Of a stretch of DNA of 64,000 nt, positions 30,203 through 40,308 are shown piece by piece (position 1 is the first letter of the stretch; each line of letters begins with the position of its first letter). A program made the position numbers and the translations under genes. The stretch lies in contig CAVSGM010000009.1 of NCBI GenBank assembly GCA_963727485.1, forward strand, positions 32,001 to 96,000. Direction: 5' to 3'. This stretch comes from an uncultured delta proteobacterium. Its GTDB lineage: Bacteria; Myxococcota; Myxococcia; SLRQ01. The notes beneath the pieces are model-generated. The model was not told the origin of the DNA. It worked only from the letters and a program-made list of their open reading frames with translations, and ran no database searches.

Positions 30203-30963
30203 TGCACCACGCGAGCCTCGCCACCCTCATCGGGTACTGGATCTCCGCGTTCCTCACCATCGCGGTGCTGACGTTCCTCTACAAGGACAACCCCTTCTAC
30301 AAGCTCGCCGAGCACCTCTTCGTGGGCGTCGCCTCGGGCTACGGGGTGTGCCAGGAGTACTACTCCACCCTGGTGCCGAACCTCTTCCACCCCCTGGCCC
30401 ACCCGGGGAAGCTCGGCGGCTGGTGGATCATCTACGCGGCTGGGGCGCTCTTGTGCATCATGATGTTCGCCAAGTTCAGCCGGAACATGGGCTGGATGGC
30501 GCGGTGGCCGCTGGCCTTCGTGGTGGGCACCTTCGCGGGCCTCTCCATGATCCAGTACGCCCAGGGTGACCTGGTGGCCCAGGTCGAGGCCAACATGCTC
30601 CCGGTGTGGCAGCACGGGATGCACTGGTGGGTGTCGATGAACAACGCCCTGCTGGTCATCGGCCTGTGCTGCGCCCTGCTCTACTTCTTCTTCTCGCGCC
30701 CCCACACCGGGGCGCTCGGCGTCGCCAGCCGCATCGGCATCTACTTCATGATGGTGAGCTTCGGCGCCTCGTTCGGGTACACCGTCATGGGGCGGCTGTC
30801 GCTGGCCGTGGGGCGCGCCCAGGCGATGATCCTGCGCGGGCCCACGACGCCCGAGGCGCCTTGGCCGGCGGTGGTGGCCATCGTGATCATCGTCGGCGGG
30901 CTCATCATCCTCGAGCTCACGGGCAAGCTGAAGGAGCCCGGTGAGGACGACGGCGAGGCGTAG
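30202..30963 (+). CDS. Polytopic membrane protein of unknown function (operon gene 4)
   Basis: TGATG overlap with gene 3; LYKDNPFYKLAEHLFVG, FGASFGYTVMGRLSL; ~7 TMs. Confidence 0.85.
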   Translation: MHHASLATLIGYWISAFLTIAVLTFLYKDNPFYKLAEHLFVGVASGYGVCQEYYSTLVPNLFHPLAHPGKLGGWWIIYAAGALLCIMMFAKFSRNMGWMARWPLAFVVGTFAGLSMIQYAQGDLVAQVEANMLPVWQHGMHWWVSMNNALLVIGLCCALLYFFFSRPHTGALGVASRIGIYFMMVSFGASFGYTVMGRLSLAVGRAQAMILRGPTTPEAPWPAVVAIVIIVGGLIILELTGKLKEPGEDDGEA

Positions 30964-31009
30964 CTGAGGCGGGTACCTCGGGCGCGCGAAGCGGTGCCCC
31001 GGAGTCAGA

Positions 31010-32287
31010 TCACCGCGAGGGCGACAGGGTCCCCCTCGGCGCCGGAGCACCAGCTCCTCGGCAGCCCGCCTGTCGCAGGGCCAGGTACACCCGCTCGGCC
31101 GTCACGTGGGTGAGGGCGATTGCCCGGTCGTAGGCGGCGACCGCCTCCTCGCGGCGGCCGAGTCGCGCCAGCAGCTCGGCGCGGGTGGCCCAGGCTGGCT
31201 GGAACCGGCGTAGTCCCTCGGCGTGCTCGTCCAGCAGGGCCAGCCCGGCGGCGGGCCCCTCGTCCTCGGCGATGGCCGCCGCCAGGGAGGCCAGGTTCCC
31301 GTGGGACGGCGCCAGAGCCCGGAGCGCCTCGTGGAGGGACCTCACGGTGTGCCAGTCCACCGGCCGGCCGTCGACCCGCGCGCAGTGGAGCGCCTGGATC
31401 GCCGCCTCGAGCTGGAAAGAGCCGAGGGTGCCCCGGGCGTGGGCGGTGCGCAGGTGGGCGTGGGCCGCCTCGATGAGCGCCCGATCCCACCGGGACGGAT
31501 CCTGCTCGGCGAGGGGGACGAAGGTGCCGTCGGGGGCGCTGCGCGCCGGGACCCGGGCGGCGGAGAGCTGGACCAGGGCCGCGAGCCCCTGGGCCTCCGG
31601 GTCGTCCGGGACGAGGCCTGCGAGGACCTCCGCGAGGTCCAGGGCGCCAGAGGGCAACGCCCGCGGCGATGGCCCGGTAGACCAATCGATGACGTAGGCG
31701 CCGTAGACCGCCTCGAGCACGGCGTCCATGCGCGCCGGCAGCTCGGTGCGCCCCGGCACCACAAAGGGGATGCCCTCGGTCCGGATGCGCTGCTTGGCGC
31801 GCACCAACCGCGTAGCCATGGTGGCCGTCGGCACCGCGAAGGCCCGGGCGATCTCGGCGGCGGTGAAGCCGAGCACCGTGTTGAGCATCAGCGGCGCGCG
31901 GTCCCGGGGGGCGATGGCCGGGTGCGCGCAGACCAGCATCAGCTCCAGGCGCTGGTCCGGGAGCGTGTCCGGGTCCAGGGAGTCGAGGGGCGCCGCGACA
32001 TCGACCGCGAGCACGGAATCGGGGGACGGCTCGGATCGCAGACGGCGCTCCGCGGACCGCCAGCCGTCCCGGAGCCGGTTGCGGGCCACCGTGAGCAGCC
32101 AGCCATCCGGGTTGGACGGAACGCCCTGGTCGGGCCAGGTGCGCAGGGCCCGCTCCAGGGCGTCGGCGAGGGCGTCCTCGGCGGAGGCCACGTCACCCGC
32201 GCCGGCCAGGAGGGCCAGGAGCCGGCCGTAGCTTCGCCTGGCCGCCCCGGCCGCGGCGGACCGTGCGGAGTGCCCGATTGGGCTCAT
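31010..32287 (-). CDS. ECF sigma factor with long C-terminal extension (ECF42/DUF6596-type)
   Basis: AEDALADA, WPDQGVPSNPDGWL, CAHPAI, LAEQDPSRWD, FQLEAAI, TPR-like end; ATG overlaps DGPF gene stop. Confidence 0.88.
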   Translation of the reverse strand: MSPIGHSARSAAAGAARRSYGRLLALLAGAGDVASAEDALADALERALRTWPDQGVPSNPDGWLLTVARNRLRDGWRSAERRLRSEPSPDSVLAVDVAAPLDSLDPDTLPDQRLELMLVCAHPAIAPRDRAPLMLNTVLGFTAAEIARAFAVPTATMATRLVRAKQRIRTEGIPFVVPGRTELPARMDAVLEAVYGAYVIDWSTGPSPRALPSGALDLAEVLAGLVPDDPEAQGLAALVQLSAARVPARSAPDGTFVPLAEQDPSRWDRALIEAAHAHLRTAHARGTLGSFQLEAAIQALHCARVDGRPVDWHTVRSLHEALRALAPSHGNLASLAAAIAEDEGPAAGLALLDEHAEGLRRFQPAWATRAELLARLGRREEAVAAYDRAIALTHVTAERVYLALRQAGCRGAGAPAPRGTLSPSR

Positions 32288-32655
32288 TGGGTCCAGGCGC
32301 CGTCCACGAACGAGGTCGACGCCGCGCGCACCTCCACCACGCCATAGCTGGCCCCGGGGCACTTCTCGGCCCAGCCAATGGCGGCGTCGACGTCGGGGAC
32401 CTCAATGACGAAGACCCCGGCCAGGGCCTCCCTGGTCTCGGCGAAGGGCCCGTCCTGGACCTGGAGCGCGCCCTGGCGACGCGTCACCGTGGTCGTCTCG
32501 GCGGCGGGCCGGAGGACCTCGGCGGCCACCAGCACGCCGGCCTCCTCGAGGGCCCGGCCGTAGAGGCCGAAGGCCTCCATCATCTGATCGATGACCTCCT
32601 GGGAGACCTCCCCTTCGGCCGGCTCGTGGTTGTGCAGCAGCAGCGCGTATCGCAT
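32284..32655 (-). CDS. YciI/DGPF-family protein
   Basis: DGPFAETREALAG signature; AGGAGG RBS. Confidence 0.92.
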   Translation of the reverse strand: MRYALLLHNHEPAEGEVSQEVIDQMMEAFGLYGRALEEAGVLVAAEVLRPAAETTTVTRRQGALQVQDGPFAETREALAGVFVIEVPDVDAAIGWAEKCPGASYGVVEVRAASTSFVDGAWTQ

Positions 32656-32706
32656 GGTTGCCTCCTGGGCTCGAGTATGGCCCCGGTGCGGGGCCGTCGC
32701 TCCCAT

Positions 32707-32733
32707 GACGATCGAGGGGACCGCGACTCGTCA
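32707..32733 (-). promoter_or_regulatory. Candidate autoregulatory ECF42-type promoter
   Basis: Minus strand TGACGA-N17-CGTC resembles the TGTCGA/CGTC ECF42 consensus, ~50 bp upstream of the DGPF gene. Confidence 0.35.
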
Positions 32734-32794
32734 CCGGCTCGCCAACGCCATGGTTGCGACGGCGCCACCGCCGGCGAGACCACGCGGCCCACTC

Positions 32795-34928
32795 TCAGGG
32801 CGCCATCGGCTCGAGCCCGCCGGTCTGCACCTGGGCCTGCTGCTTGTGGTCCCCGGGCGTCCGCAGCTTCCCCTCGACCCGCACCCGCGTGAACGTGCAC
32901 ACCGCGTCCACGCACCCGATGCCCGCGCGCCCGGCGAAGAACTTGGGCAGCCGGCCCACGTCGGCGCTGCCGATCTCCTTGCCGTCCACCGAGGCGTGGA
33001 TCGTCTTGCCCTCGATCCACAGGGCCAGGTGGAGGTCCGAGCCGAGCTTCGGCGGCGGGAGGTCCGAGCCGCCGGAGAACGTCCCGTAGTGGTGCCCGTC
33101 GCCGAGGTTCCACACCACGTTGTAGCCGCCATCGTCGCCGGCGGTGGCCACCACGGTGAAGAACTGGCGCTTGTTCCGGTAGAGGTAGAGCTTGGCCGCG
33201 GGCGGGGTGTCCACCGCGCGGATGGAGAGCTGCTTGACCAGCTCGTCGGTGCGCTGGGCGGAGATGTTGGCGTCGCCTGGGGGCTGGTCGGCGATGTGCA
33301 CCGAGGCCTCGATCCGGAACCCGTCGGCGCGGAAGTTCTTGGCGGCGAGGAACGCCCGCGGGGTGCGCGCCGCCTGGGCCAGGCCCTTGCCGTCCTCGAA
33401 CACGTCGTAGACCAGGGCGCCGGGGTCGTGCTCCCAGTCGCCCCGGAAGGCGTACCAGTCGATGGTGCCGGCGACGTCGTGGACGAAGTCCATGTCGTAG
33501 ATGGTCTTGCCGTCGCCGGTCTCTTCGAGGGCGAGCGGCACGGTGACGATGCCGTCGTCCTCTTTGGGGGGCGTCTGGTCCGGCGCACCCGCGGCGGCGG
33601 CGGGCTGGCCCTCGATGCGGCTCGCCAGGAGGCTCCGGACCTGCTGGCGCCCCGAGTGGCCGAGGATGAACCAGCTGCCCGCGGCGAGGACCACGATGCC
33701 CCAGAGCGCCATCATCCCAAAGGTGCGCAGGCGGCTGCGGACGTGCTCGACCACGCTGGAGTTGTGCGAGACGGTGGTCCCGGGGACCGTGCCCGAGACG
33801 CCCGCCTGGGCCGTGGGCGCGGCGGCGGCCAGGGCCCCGGGGCTGTCCGGCGAGGTGCCGAGGGCCGGGGCCATGGGCGTGCTGGTGAGCGCCGAGGTGG
33901 CGATGAGGGCCTCGAGGTCGTCGCCCACCGCCGAGGCGCGCTGGTAGCGCTGGTCCCGGTCGCTCTCCAGGGCCTTGAGGACGATTCTCGTCGAGGCGGG
34001 TGTCGAGCCCCTGGAGCCGCTCGCTGGGGAGGCGGAAGTGGCCCATGGGCACCTCGCCGGTGAGCAGCTCGTAGAGCATCACGCCGAGGCTGTAGAGGTC
34101 GGCCCGGGCATCCACGTCCCGGGCGCTCTTGCGCTGCTCCGGGGCCATGTAATGGAAGGTGCCCATGGCCATGTCGGTCTTGGTGAGGTGCTGGTCCGGC
34201 GACACGCCGACCATGCCCGCCAGCCCGAAGTCGGCGACCTTCACGTGCCCCGAGGCGTCCACCAGGATGTTCTCGGGCTTGAGGTCCCGGTGGATGATGC
34301 CCTTGCCGTGGGCGAAGTCGATGGCCCGGCACACCTGGACGATGATCTTCACCGCCGACTGGGGGTCCATGGCGCCGCCGGCGATGAGCTCCCGGAGGCT
34401 CCGGCCGTCGACGTACTCCATGACGAAGTACCAGGTCCCCTCCACGTGCCCCCGGTCGATGATGCTCACGATGTTGGGGTGCGAGAGGTTGGCCAGCGCC
34501 GAGGCCTCCTTCTCGAAGCGGGCGACGAAGTCCTCGCTCTTGGCGAGGTGCCGCGCCAGGACCTTCACCGCCACCTCGCGGCCCAGCGAGAGCTGGCGCG
34601 CCAGGTACACCTCGCCCATGCCCCCGCGGCCAAGCGTGCGCAGGACCTCGTAGCCCGGGAGGTCGAGGCCCTGGCTGATGGCGGTGGCGTCGGTGGCGAA
34701 CTCGGCGTCGGCGGCGGACTCCGGGACCGGGAGCGGCTGGGCGGCGGCGCTCCCGGCGGCGGACGGTGGCGCGGTGTGCACCGGCGCCTCGCTCCCGGGC
34801 GTCCCCGAGACGTCGTCGCGCTCCACCGGGAACCGGATGCCGCACCGGGAGCACCGGACCTTCTGGCCGCTGACGAAGATCGAGACGTCGTGCTCGGTCT
34901 GGCAGCTGGGGCAGCGCTGCTTGGCCAT
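32795..34928 (-). CDS. Zinc-ribbon Ser/Thr kinase with TM and extracytoplasmic beta-sandwich domain (1-bp insertion at ~33985)
   Basis: CPSC..CSRC, LGRGGMGEVY, HRDLKPEN, DFGLA, YMAPEQ; LDE|IVLKALE split by GAGAATC and continues in ORF 32795..33928. Confidence 0.9.
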
Positions 34929-36637
34929 CAGTCGGTCTCCCCGTGGACCCGGTGGATGGGCACCGGGCGGGCCTTGCCCTTGACCTGCTTCTCCGGGAGG
35001 GCCTCGAGGACGAAGCCGTCGCCGAGCGCCGCGGCGGTGTCCTCGGAGACGATGACCTCGCCCCCGGCGGCGACGTCGCACAGGCGGCTGGCGAGGTTCA
35101 CCGCGTCGCCGATGACCGTGTACTCCAGGCGCCGGCTGGAGCCCATGTTCCCCACCACGCACTCGCCGGTGTTCACCCCGATGCCCACGGCGATGGGGGA
35201 CCGGCCGGCGGCGACCCGGCGGGCGTTGAACTCGGCGGTGCGCCGCTGCATCTCCAGGGCCGCCTGGGTGGCCCGGGCGGCGTCGCCCTCGCCGGCCACC
35301 GGCACCCCCCACAGCGCCATCACCGCGTCGCCGATGAACTTGTCGAGGACCCCCCGGTAGTCGAAGACCACCTCGACCATCTCCTCGAAGTACTCGTTGA
35401 GCATCGAGACCACCTCCTCGGCGGGCAGGGTCTCCGAGAGGCTCGTGAACCCCCGGATGTCCGCGAAGAGGATGGTGGCCCGGACGCTGCTCCCACCCTT
35501 CTTGAGGTCGAGCTCGCCGGCGGCCGCCTGCTGCACCAGGGCCGGGGAGAGGAAGCGCTCGAGCTGGCCCCGGGTCTTCTCCTCGTGGCGGATCTGCTCG
35601 AGGAGCTCGGCGTTGTGGAGGCTCGCGGCGGCCTGGGAGGCGACGGCGCCGAGGATGTCGAGGTCCTTGGGGGTGAAGGCCGAGGTGCGGCTCTGGGAGT
35701 CGAGGTAGACGATGGCCCGGACGTCTTCGCGCACGATGACCGGCACCGCCAGCACCGAACGCACCCCCCGGGCCACGATGGACTCGCTGCCGGAGAAGCG
35801 GTCGTCGGTGACCGCGTCGTTGGAGAGCACGCCCTCGCCGGTGCGCGCCACCTGCTCCACCAGGGTCCGGGAGACGTTGATCTCCGCCTCGCCGGTGAGC
35901 GACTCGGCGAGCGCCACGTCGAAGGCGCCGTCGTCACCGGGGACCAGGATCACCCCGTTGTCCGCGGGCAGCCACTGGAGCGCCAGGCGGAGGATGAGCT
36001 GGAGCAACGACTCCCGGTCGACGACCGGGCCGACCTCCTGGTGGAAGCGGAAGGCGATGCGCAGGCGCTCGTAGTCCTTCTTGAGGAGCTCGGCGTCGGT
36101 GATCTCGCCGGCCGGGAGGAAGACCGCGCTCTCCTCGGTGGGGGTCGGCTTCACGCTGGCGAGGACCTGGGTCACCGAGGGCGCCTGGACCACCGTGAGG
36201 CTCCGGCGCTGCTCGGGAGCGTCCTGGGTGCGAAAGACCAGGCGCGAGGCGCCGACGCGGATCTCGTCGCCGTCCCGGAGCTTGAGCTCGTCGACCCGGC
36301 GGCCGTTGACGAAGGTGCCGTTGGAGGAGCCCAGGTCCCGGAGCATCCAGGCGCCCTGCTCGAAGCGCACCGCCGCGTGGTGCTTGGAGACCTCCCGGTC
36401 GGCGACCACCACCTGGTTGTCGTAGTGCCGGCCGAGGCCCGCGCGCTCTTTCACCGGGAACTCCGCCGAGAGGCCGTCGGGGGAGTAGAGGACCAGGGTG
36501 GCCGGGGGCGCCACGGGGACGGGGGTGCCGGTCATGTCGGCGACGACGCCGGCGAGATCGGCGCCGCAGGCCGGGCAGGCATCCGGCAGCCTCGGTCCCA
36601 GGATGGGGGTACGACAGGAAGGGCAGGATGCGCGCAT
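34928..36637 (-). CDS. Zinc-ribbon/FHA/GAF class III adenylate cyclase
   Basis: CPSC..CPAC; FHA (GRH, SKHHA, DLGSSNGT); GAF; cyclase (FADIRGFT, DKFIGDAVM, YTVIGDAVNLASRL) with ATP-specifying Lys and Thr. Confidence 0.92.
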   Translation of the reverse strand: MRASCPSCRTPILGPRLPDACPACGADLAGVVADMTGTPVPVAPPATLVLYSPDGLSAEFPVKERAGLGRHYDNQVVVADREVSKHHAAVRFEQGAWMLRDLGSSNGTFVNGRRVDELKLRDGDEIRVGASRLVFRTQDAPEQRRSLTVVQAPSVTQVLASVKPTPTEESAVFLPAGEITDAELLKKDYERLRIAFRFHQEVGPVVDRESLLQLILRLALQWLPADNGVILVPGDDGAFDVALAESLTGEAEINVSRTLVEQVARTGEGVLSNDAVTDDRFSGSESIVARGVRSVLAVPVIVREDVRAIVYLDSQSRTSAFTPKDLDILGAVASQAAASLHNAELLEQIRHEEKTRGQLERFLSPALVQQAAAGELDLKKGGSSVRATILFADIRGFTSLSETLPAEEVVSMLNEYFEEMVEVVFDYRGVLDKFIGDAVMALWGVPVAGEGDAARATQAALEMQRRTAEFNARRVAAGRSPIAVGIGVNTGECVVGNMGSSRRLEYTVIGDAVNLASRLCDVAAGGEVIVSEDTAAALGDGFVLEALPEKQVKGKARPVPIHRVHGETD

Positions 36638-36832
36638 TGCTTTCCCGGCAGAAGTCGGCCGCGTCCGGACGGCAACGGTACCACGCGCCCGGCCCGCCCT
36701 CAAGACGGCGTCCACGGGAATCCGCCAACGGTTCCGGGGACTTGGGCGCGGCAGCCCCCCCTGCCCCGCCGGAACCCCGCGCGGTGGCGCTTGCTGCGTC
36801 GCGCCGGGCCGCATACAAGGCACGGGCCCACC

Positions 36833-38419
36833 ATGCGCATCAAGGAGAAGCCAGAGGACTTCGTGGTCCGGGAGGCCTACCGCTTCGAGAAGACGAAGCG
36901 CGGGGAGTACTTCGTCTACCTGATGGACAAGCAGAAGCTGTCCACCTTCGACGCGGTGGGGCGCATCGCCAAGGCCCACAAGCTGCGGCCCTCGGAGGTG
37001 AGCTTCTGCGGCCTCAAGGACAAGCAGGGGCGCACCGAGCAGATCGTCGCGGTCCACGGCCTGCGCATCGACGTGCAGGAGCCGGACCTGCGCCTCAAGT
37101 TCCTCGGGCGCACCGACGCGCCGCTCTCGGCGAAGAACCTCACGGCGAACCGCTTCGTGGTCACCGTCCGCGACCTCACCGTCGAGGAGGCCGAGCGGGT
37201 GCCCGCGTCGGTGCGCGAGGTCCGCGAGCTGGGGGTGGTGAACTACTTCGACTCCCAGCGCTTCGGATCGGTGAAGCACGGCCAGGGCTTCCTCGCCAAG
37301 GACCTCGCCTTCGGGCGGGTGGAGCACGCGCTCCACGGGCACATGGCCCAGCCCTCGCCCCTGGACCGGAGCGAGGACGCCAAGGTGAAGGCGTTCTGGA
37401 AGCACAACTGGGGCAAGTGGACCGCCCGCTGCCCCTACGCCGGGGTGGCGCGGTACCGCCCGGTGCTCTACCGGCTCAAGGAGCGCCCCGGCGACTGGGC
37501 CTACGCCTTCCAGGCCATCGACAAGCGCCGCCGGGCGATGATGGTCTTCGAGTACCAGAGCTACATCTGGAACGAGGCGGTGCGCCGGTACCTCCTCGGG
37601 CGCCTCGGCGGCGACGGGCACCTGGCGCTCCGGTACCAGGCGGGCCGGCAGGTCTTCCCCCGCCGGGTGCGCGAGCCCGAGCGGTTGAAGGCCCTGCAGC
37701 AGATGGGTTTCCCCCTGGTGGCGCCCGACTCCAAGTTCGACGACCCGGAGGTCGAGAAGGCGGTCCTCGACACCCTCAAGCGCGAGCACGTCACCCTGGC
37801 GCAGCTCGGCCTCCCGGCGATCCCCGACATGGGCTTCAAGCACGAGCTCCGGCCGCTGATGGTGATGCCCGGGAAGCTCTCGGTGGTCGACCCGCGCCCC
37901 GACGAGCGCAACCGCGGCCGGCTCAAGGTGACCCTGGCCTTCACCCTGCCGCCGGGGGCCTACGCGACCCTGGTGGTGCGGCGCACGCTCTGGTTCGCCC
38001 TGCGCGACGTCCTCGACCCGGGCGGGCCCATCCCCGAGCCCGAGCCCGGCTTCGTCCCCGAGGCGCTGGTCCACGACCTGCAGCAGATGGCCAACCGCGC
38101 CATGCGCAGCCGCCGCCGGCCCCCGCGGCCGAGCCACGGGATCGAGGTCGAGACCCTGGCGGCCAGGCGGGTGCGTGCCGGCGCCAAGGCCAAGGCGGAG
38201 GGCCCCGGCAAGCAGGCGCCTCGCCCGGGAAAGCCTGCGGCCGCCGACGCCAAGGCGCCCCGGGCCCGGCCCCCGCGTGGCGGGCCCCGGAAGAACCCGG
38301 GGACCAAGCGGCCCGGGGACGGGACGCCCGCCGGCAAGCGTCCTGCGGGCAAGGGCCCGGGCACCAAGCACCCCGGCGGCAAGCGCCCCGGGGGCAAGCC
38401 CAAGGGCCCCAAGAAGTAG
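36833..38419 (+). CDS. truD: tRNA pseudouridine(13) synthase TruD
   Basis: IKEKPEDFVVRE, GLKDK, NYFDSQRFG, FTLPPGAYAT; basic low-complexity tail. Confidence 0.92.
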   Translation: MRIKEKPEDFVVREAYRFEKTKRGEYFVYLMDKQKLSTFDAVGRIAKAHKLRPSEVSFCGLKDKQGRTEQIVAVHGLRIDVQEPDLRLKFLGRTDAPLSAKNLTANRFVVTVRDLTVEEAERVPASVREVRELGVVNYFDSQRFGSVKHGQGFLAKDLAFGRVEHALHGHMAQPSPLDRSEDAKVKAFWKHNWGKWTARCPYAGVARYRPVLYRLKERPGDWAYAFQAIDKRRRAMMVFEYQSYIWNEAVRRYLLGRLGGDGHLALRYQAGRQVFPRRVREPERLKALQQMGFPLVAPDSKFDDPEVEKAVLDTLKREHVTLAQLGLPAIPDMGFKHELRPLMVMPGKLSVVDPRPDERNRGRLKVTLAFTLPPGAYATLVVRRTLWFALRDVLDPGGPIPEPEPGFVPEALVHDLQQMANRAMRSRRRPPRPSHGIEVETLAARRVRAGAKAKAEGPGKQAPRPGKPAAADAKAPRARPPRGGPRKNPGTKRPGDGTPAGKRPAGKGPGTKHPGGKRPGGKPKGPKK

Positions 38420-38517
38420 GCGCGGGCGGCCCCAGCCGGCTACGCGCGACGGTCCCGCCTGGCCTCTCGGGTCAGGGTCGTTGTGAAAGCGTGCGGCCGT
38501 CCGGTAGCGTGACGACC

Positions 38518-40308
38518 ATGTCCGAGCTTCGCCCCCGTCTCGCCCACGCCCTCGTCGCGGTGATCCTGCCCCTCGCCCTCGCCGCCTGCGGCAGCCCGCA
38601 TGGCACCGGCGGCGGCGACGGAGGCGCGCCCCCCGACGGCGGCGGCGGCCAGGCGACCGACGGCGGGACGTACGACGGCGGCACGACCGACGGGGGGACC
38701 GCGAGCGACGTGCCGGTGCTGCCCACCGGCCCCTTCGTCTCGCCCCTCGGCATCCCCAAGCCCGCCTTCGGGATCGACGAGCCCTCGCCTGCGGCCCCGA
38801 GCGGTTGGCCCGACACCGCGGTGCCGGACCACTACTACGTCGACATGTCGAGCGCGAAGGCGACCGACACCGACAACCCCTACGGCACCCCGGCGCTCCC
38901 CCGGGCCACCTTCCCGCCGGCGCACACCTTCCCCGCGGGGACGGTGATCGAGCTCCACGGCGGCGTCTACGACAGCCTGTCGTGGCTGGTGTGCAACGGC
39001 ACCAAGGCCAAGCCCTGCTTCATCCGCGGGGCCTCCCGGAGCGACCGGCCCGTGGTCTCGGCGACCCTCCAGCTGCGCGACAGCACCTACACCATCGTCG
39101 AGAACATCGACTTCAAGGGCGGGACCGGGAGCGCGGTGAGCGTCTGGGGCCACTCGGCCTACGTCGCCGCCCGCTACAACCTGGTGCGCGACAAGACCTG
39201 GGTGAGCAACTCGGCGGGCTTCGGCACCTCGCCCCAGCCCGGCGACCACCTGCACGACATCGTGTTCTACCGCAACGCCGTCTCCAACCTCGGCGACTGG
39301 ACGGTCACCGCCACCGACCCCGACTTCCACGGGTTCACCCCCGGGACCTGGGGTCGCGACGCCTCCTCGGGCACCGAGGCCGACCACATCTGGGTGCTCC
39401 AGAACACCTGCTACCACCTCAGCGGCAACTGCGTGCAGGTCAACGCCGGCAACGGCGCCGGGGCCTACGCCATCCTCCACCACGTCTACGTGGGCGGGAA
39501 CATCTCCGGCCCCAACCGCCAGGCGGGCTTCTGGTGCAAGCAGGCCACCGACGTCATCTTCTCCCAGAACGTCGCCTACGGCGGGCGCATCCACGGGAGC
39601 CAGCCCGGTGGCGGCGGGGGCTACCAGTACAACCCCGACTACGTCTGGTTCATCTTCAACGACTTCTACGACAACACCTTCGGCGTCCGGCAGTCGGACA
39701 CCTCGGGCGGCGACCCGAGCCACACCGCGTTCATCGTCGGCAACTACCTCCACGACAACGACGTCAGCTCCGACCAGATGCACTGGGGGAGCCCCACGGG
39801 CTGGGGCATCACGCTGTGGCAGGGCAACCAGACCCGCTACGTCGTCGACAACACCATCGTGAACACCCGGGGCGGCATCGAGCTCATCTTCGCGGGCCCG
39901 ACCACCGTCGCCGGCAACGTCATCGCCACCAGCTACCCCGACACGCCGATCTTCCGCGTCCAGGAGTCGGCCACCGCGGCGGTGACCACCGTCGGCGCCA
40001 ACCTCTTCTACGCGGGCGCACAGACCCCGATCTACACCTGGGGCAGCACCACCCCGATCCAGGGGCTCTCCGCGTTTCAGACCGCGAGCGGCCAGTGCAG
40101 CGGGTGCATCGAGGCCGACCCGAAGTTCACCGACGCCGCCGGGGGCGACCTCTCACTGGCCGCGGACAGCCCGGGCCGGGACACCTCGGCGCGCAGCCAG
40201 GTCTACGCGATCTTCGAGCAGCGCTACGGGATCTCCATCGACGTGGACCACGACGGGAACCCCAGGCCCGCCGGCGGCGGGTGGGACTTCGGCGCCTACG
40301 AGCGGTGA
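38518..40308 (+). CDS. Lipoprotein with parallel beta-helix (pectin lyase-like) domain
   Basis: LAAC lipobox, DGG-repeat linker, Asn-ladder repeats, C-terminal ADPKF..DHDGNPRP..WDFGAYE. Confidence 0.8.
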   Translation: MSELRPRLAHALVAVILPLALAACGSPHGTGGGDGGAPPDGGGGQATDGGTYDGGTTDGGTASDVPVLPTGPFVSPLGIPKPAFGIDEPSPAAPSGWPDTAVPDHYYVDMSSAKATDTDNPYGTPALPRATFPPAHTFPAGTVIELHGGVYDSLSWLVCNGTKAKPCFIRGASRSDRPVVSATLQLRDSTYTIVENIDFKGGTGSAVSVWGHSAYVAARYNLVRDKTWVSNSAGFGTSPQPGDHLHDIVFYRNAVSNLGDWTVTATDPDFHGFTPGTWGRDASSGTEADHIWVLQNTCYHLSGNCVQVNAGNGAGAYAILHHVYVGGNISGPNRQAGFWCKQATDVIFSQNVAYGGRIHGSQPGGGGGYQYNPDYVWFIFNDFYDNTFGVRQSDTSGGDPSHTAFIVGNYLHDNDVSSDQMHWGSPTGWGITLWQGNQTRYVVDNTIVNTRGGIELIFAGPTTVAGNVIATSYPDTPIFRVQESATAAVTTVGANLFYAGAQTPIYTWGSTTPIQGLSAFQTASGQCSGCIEADPKFTDAAGGDLSLAADSPGRDTSARSQVYAIFEQRYGISIDVDHDGNPRPAGGGWDFGAYER

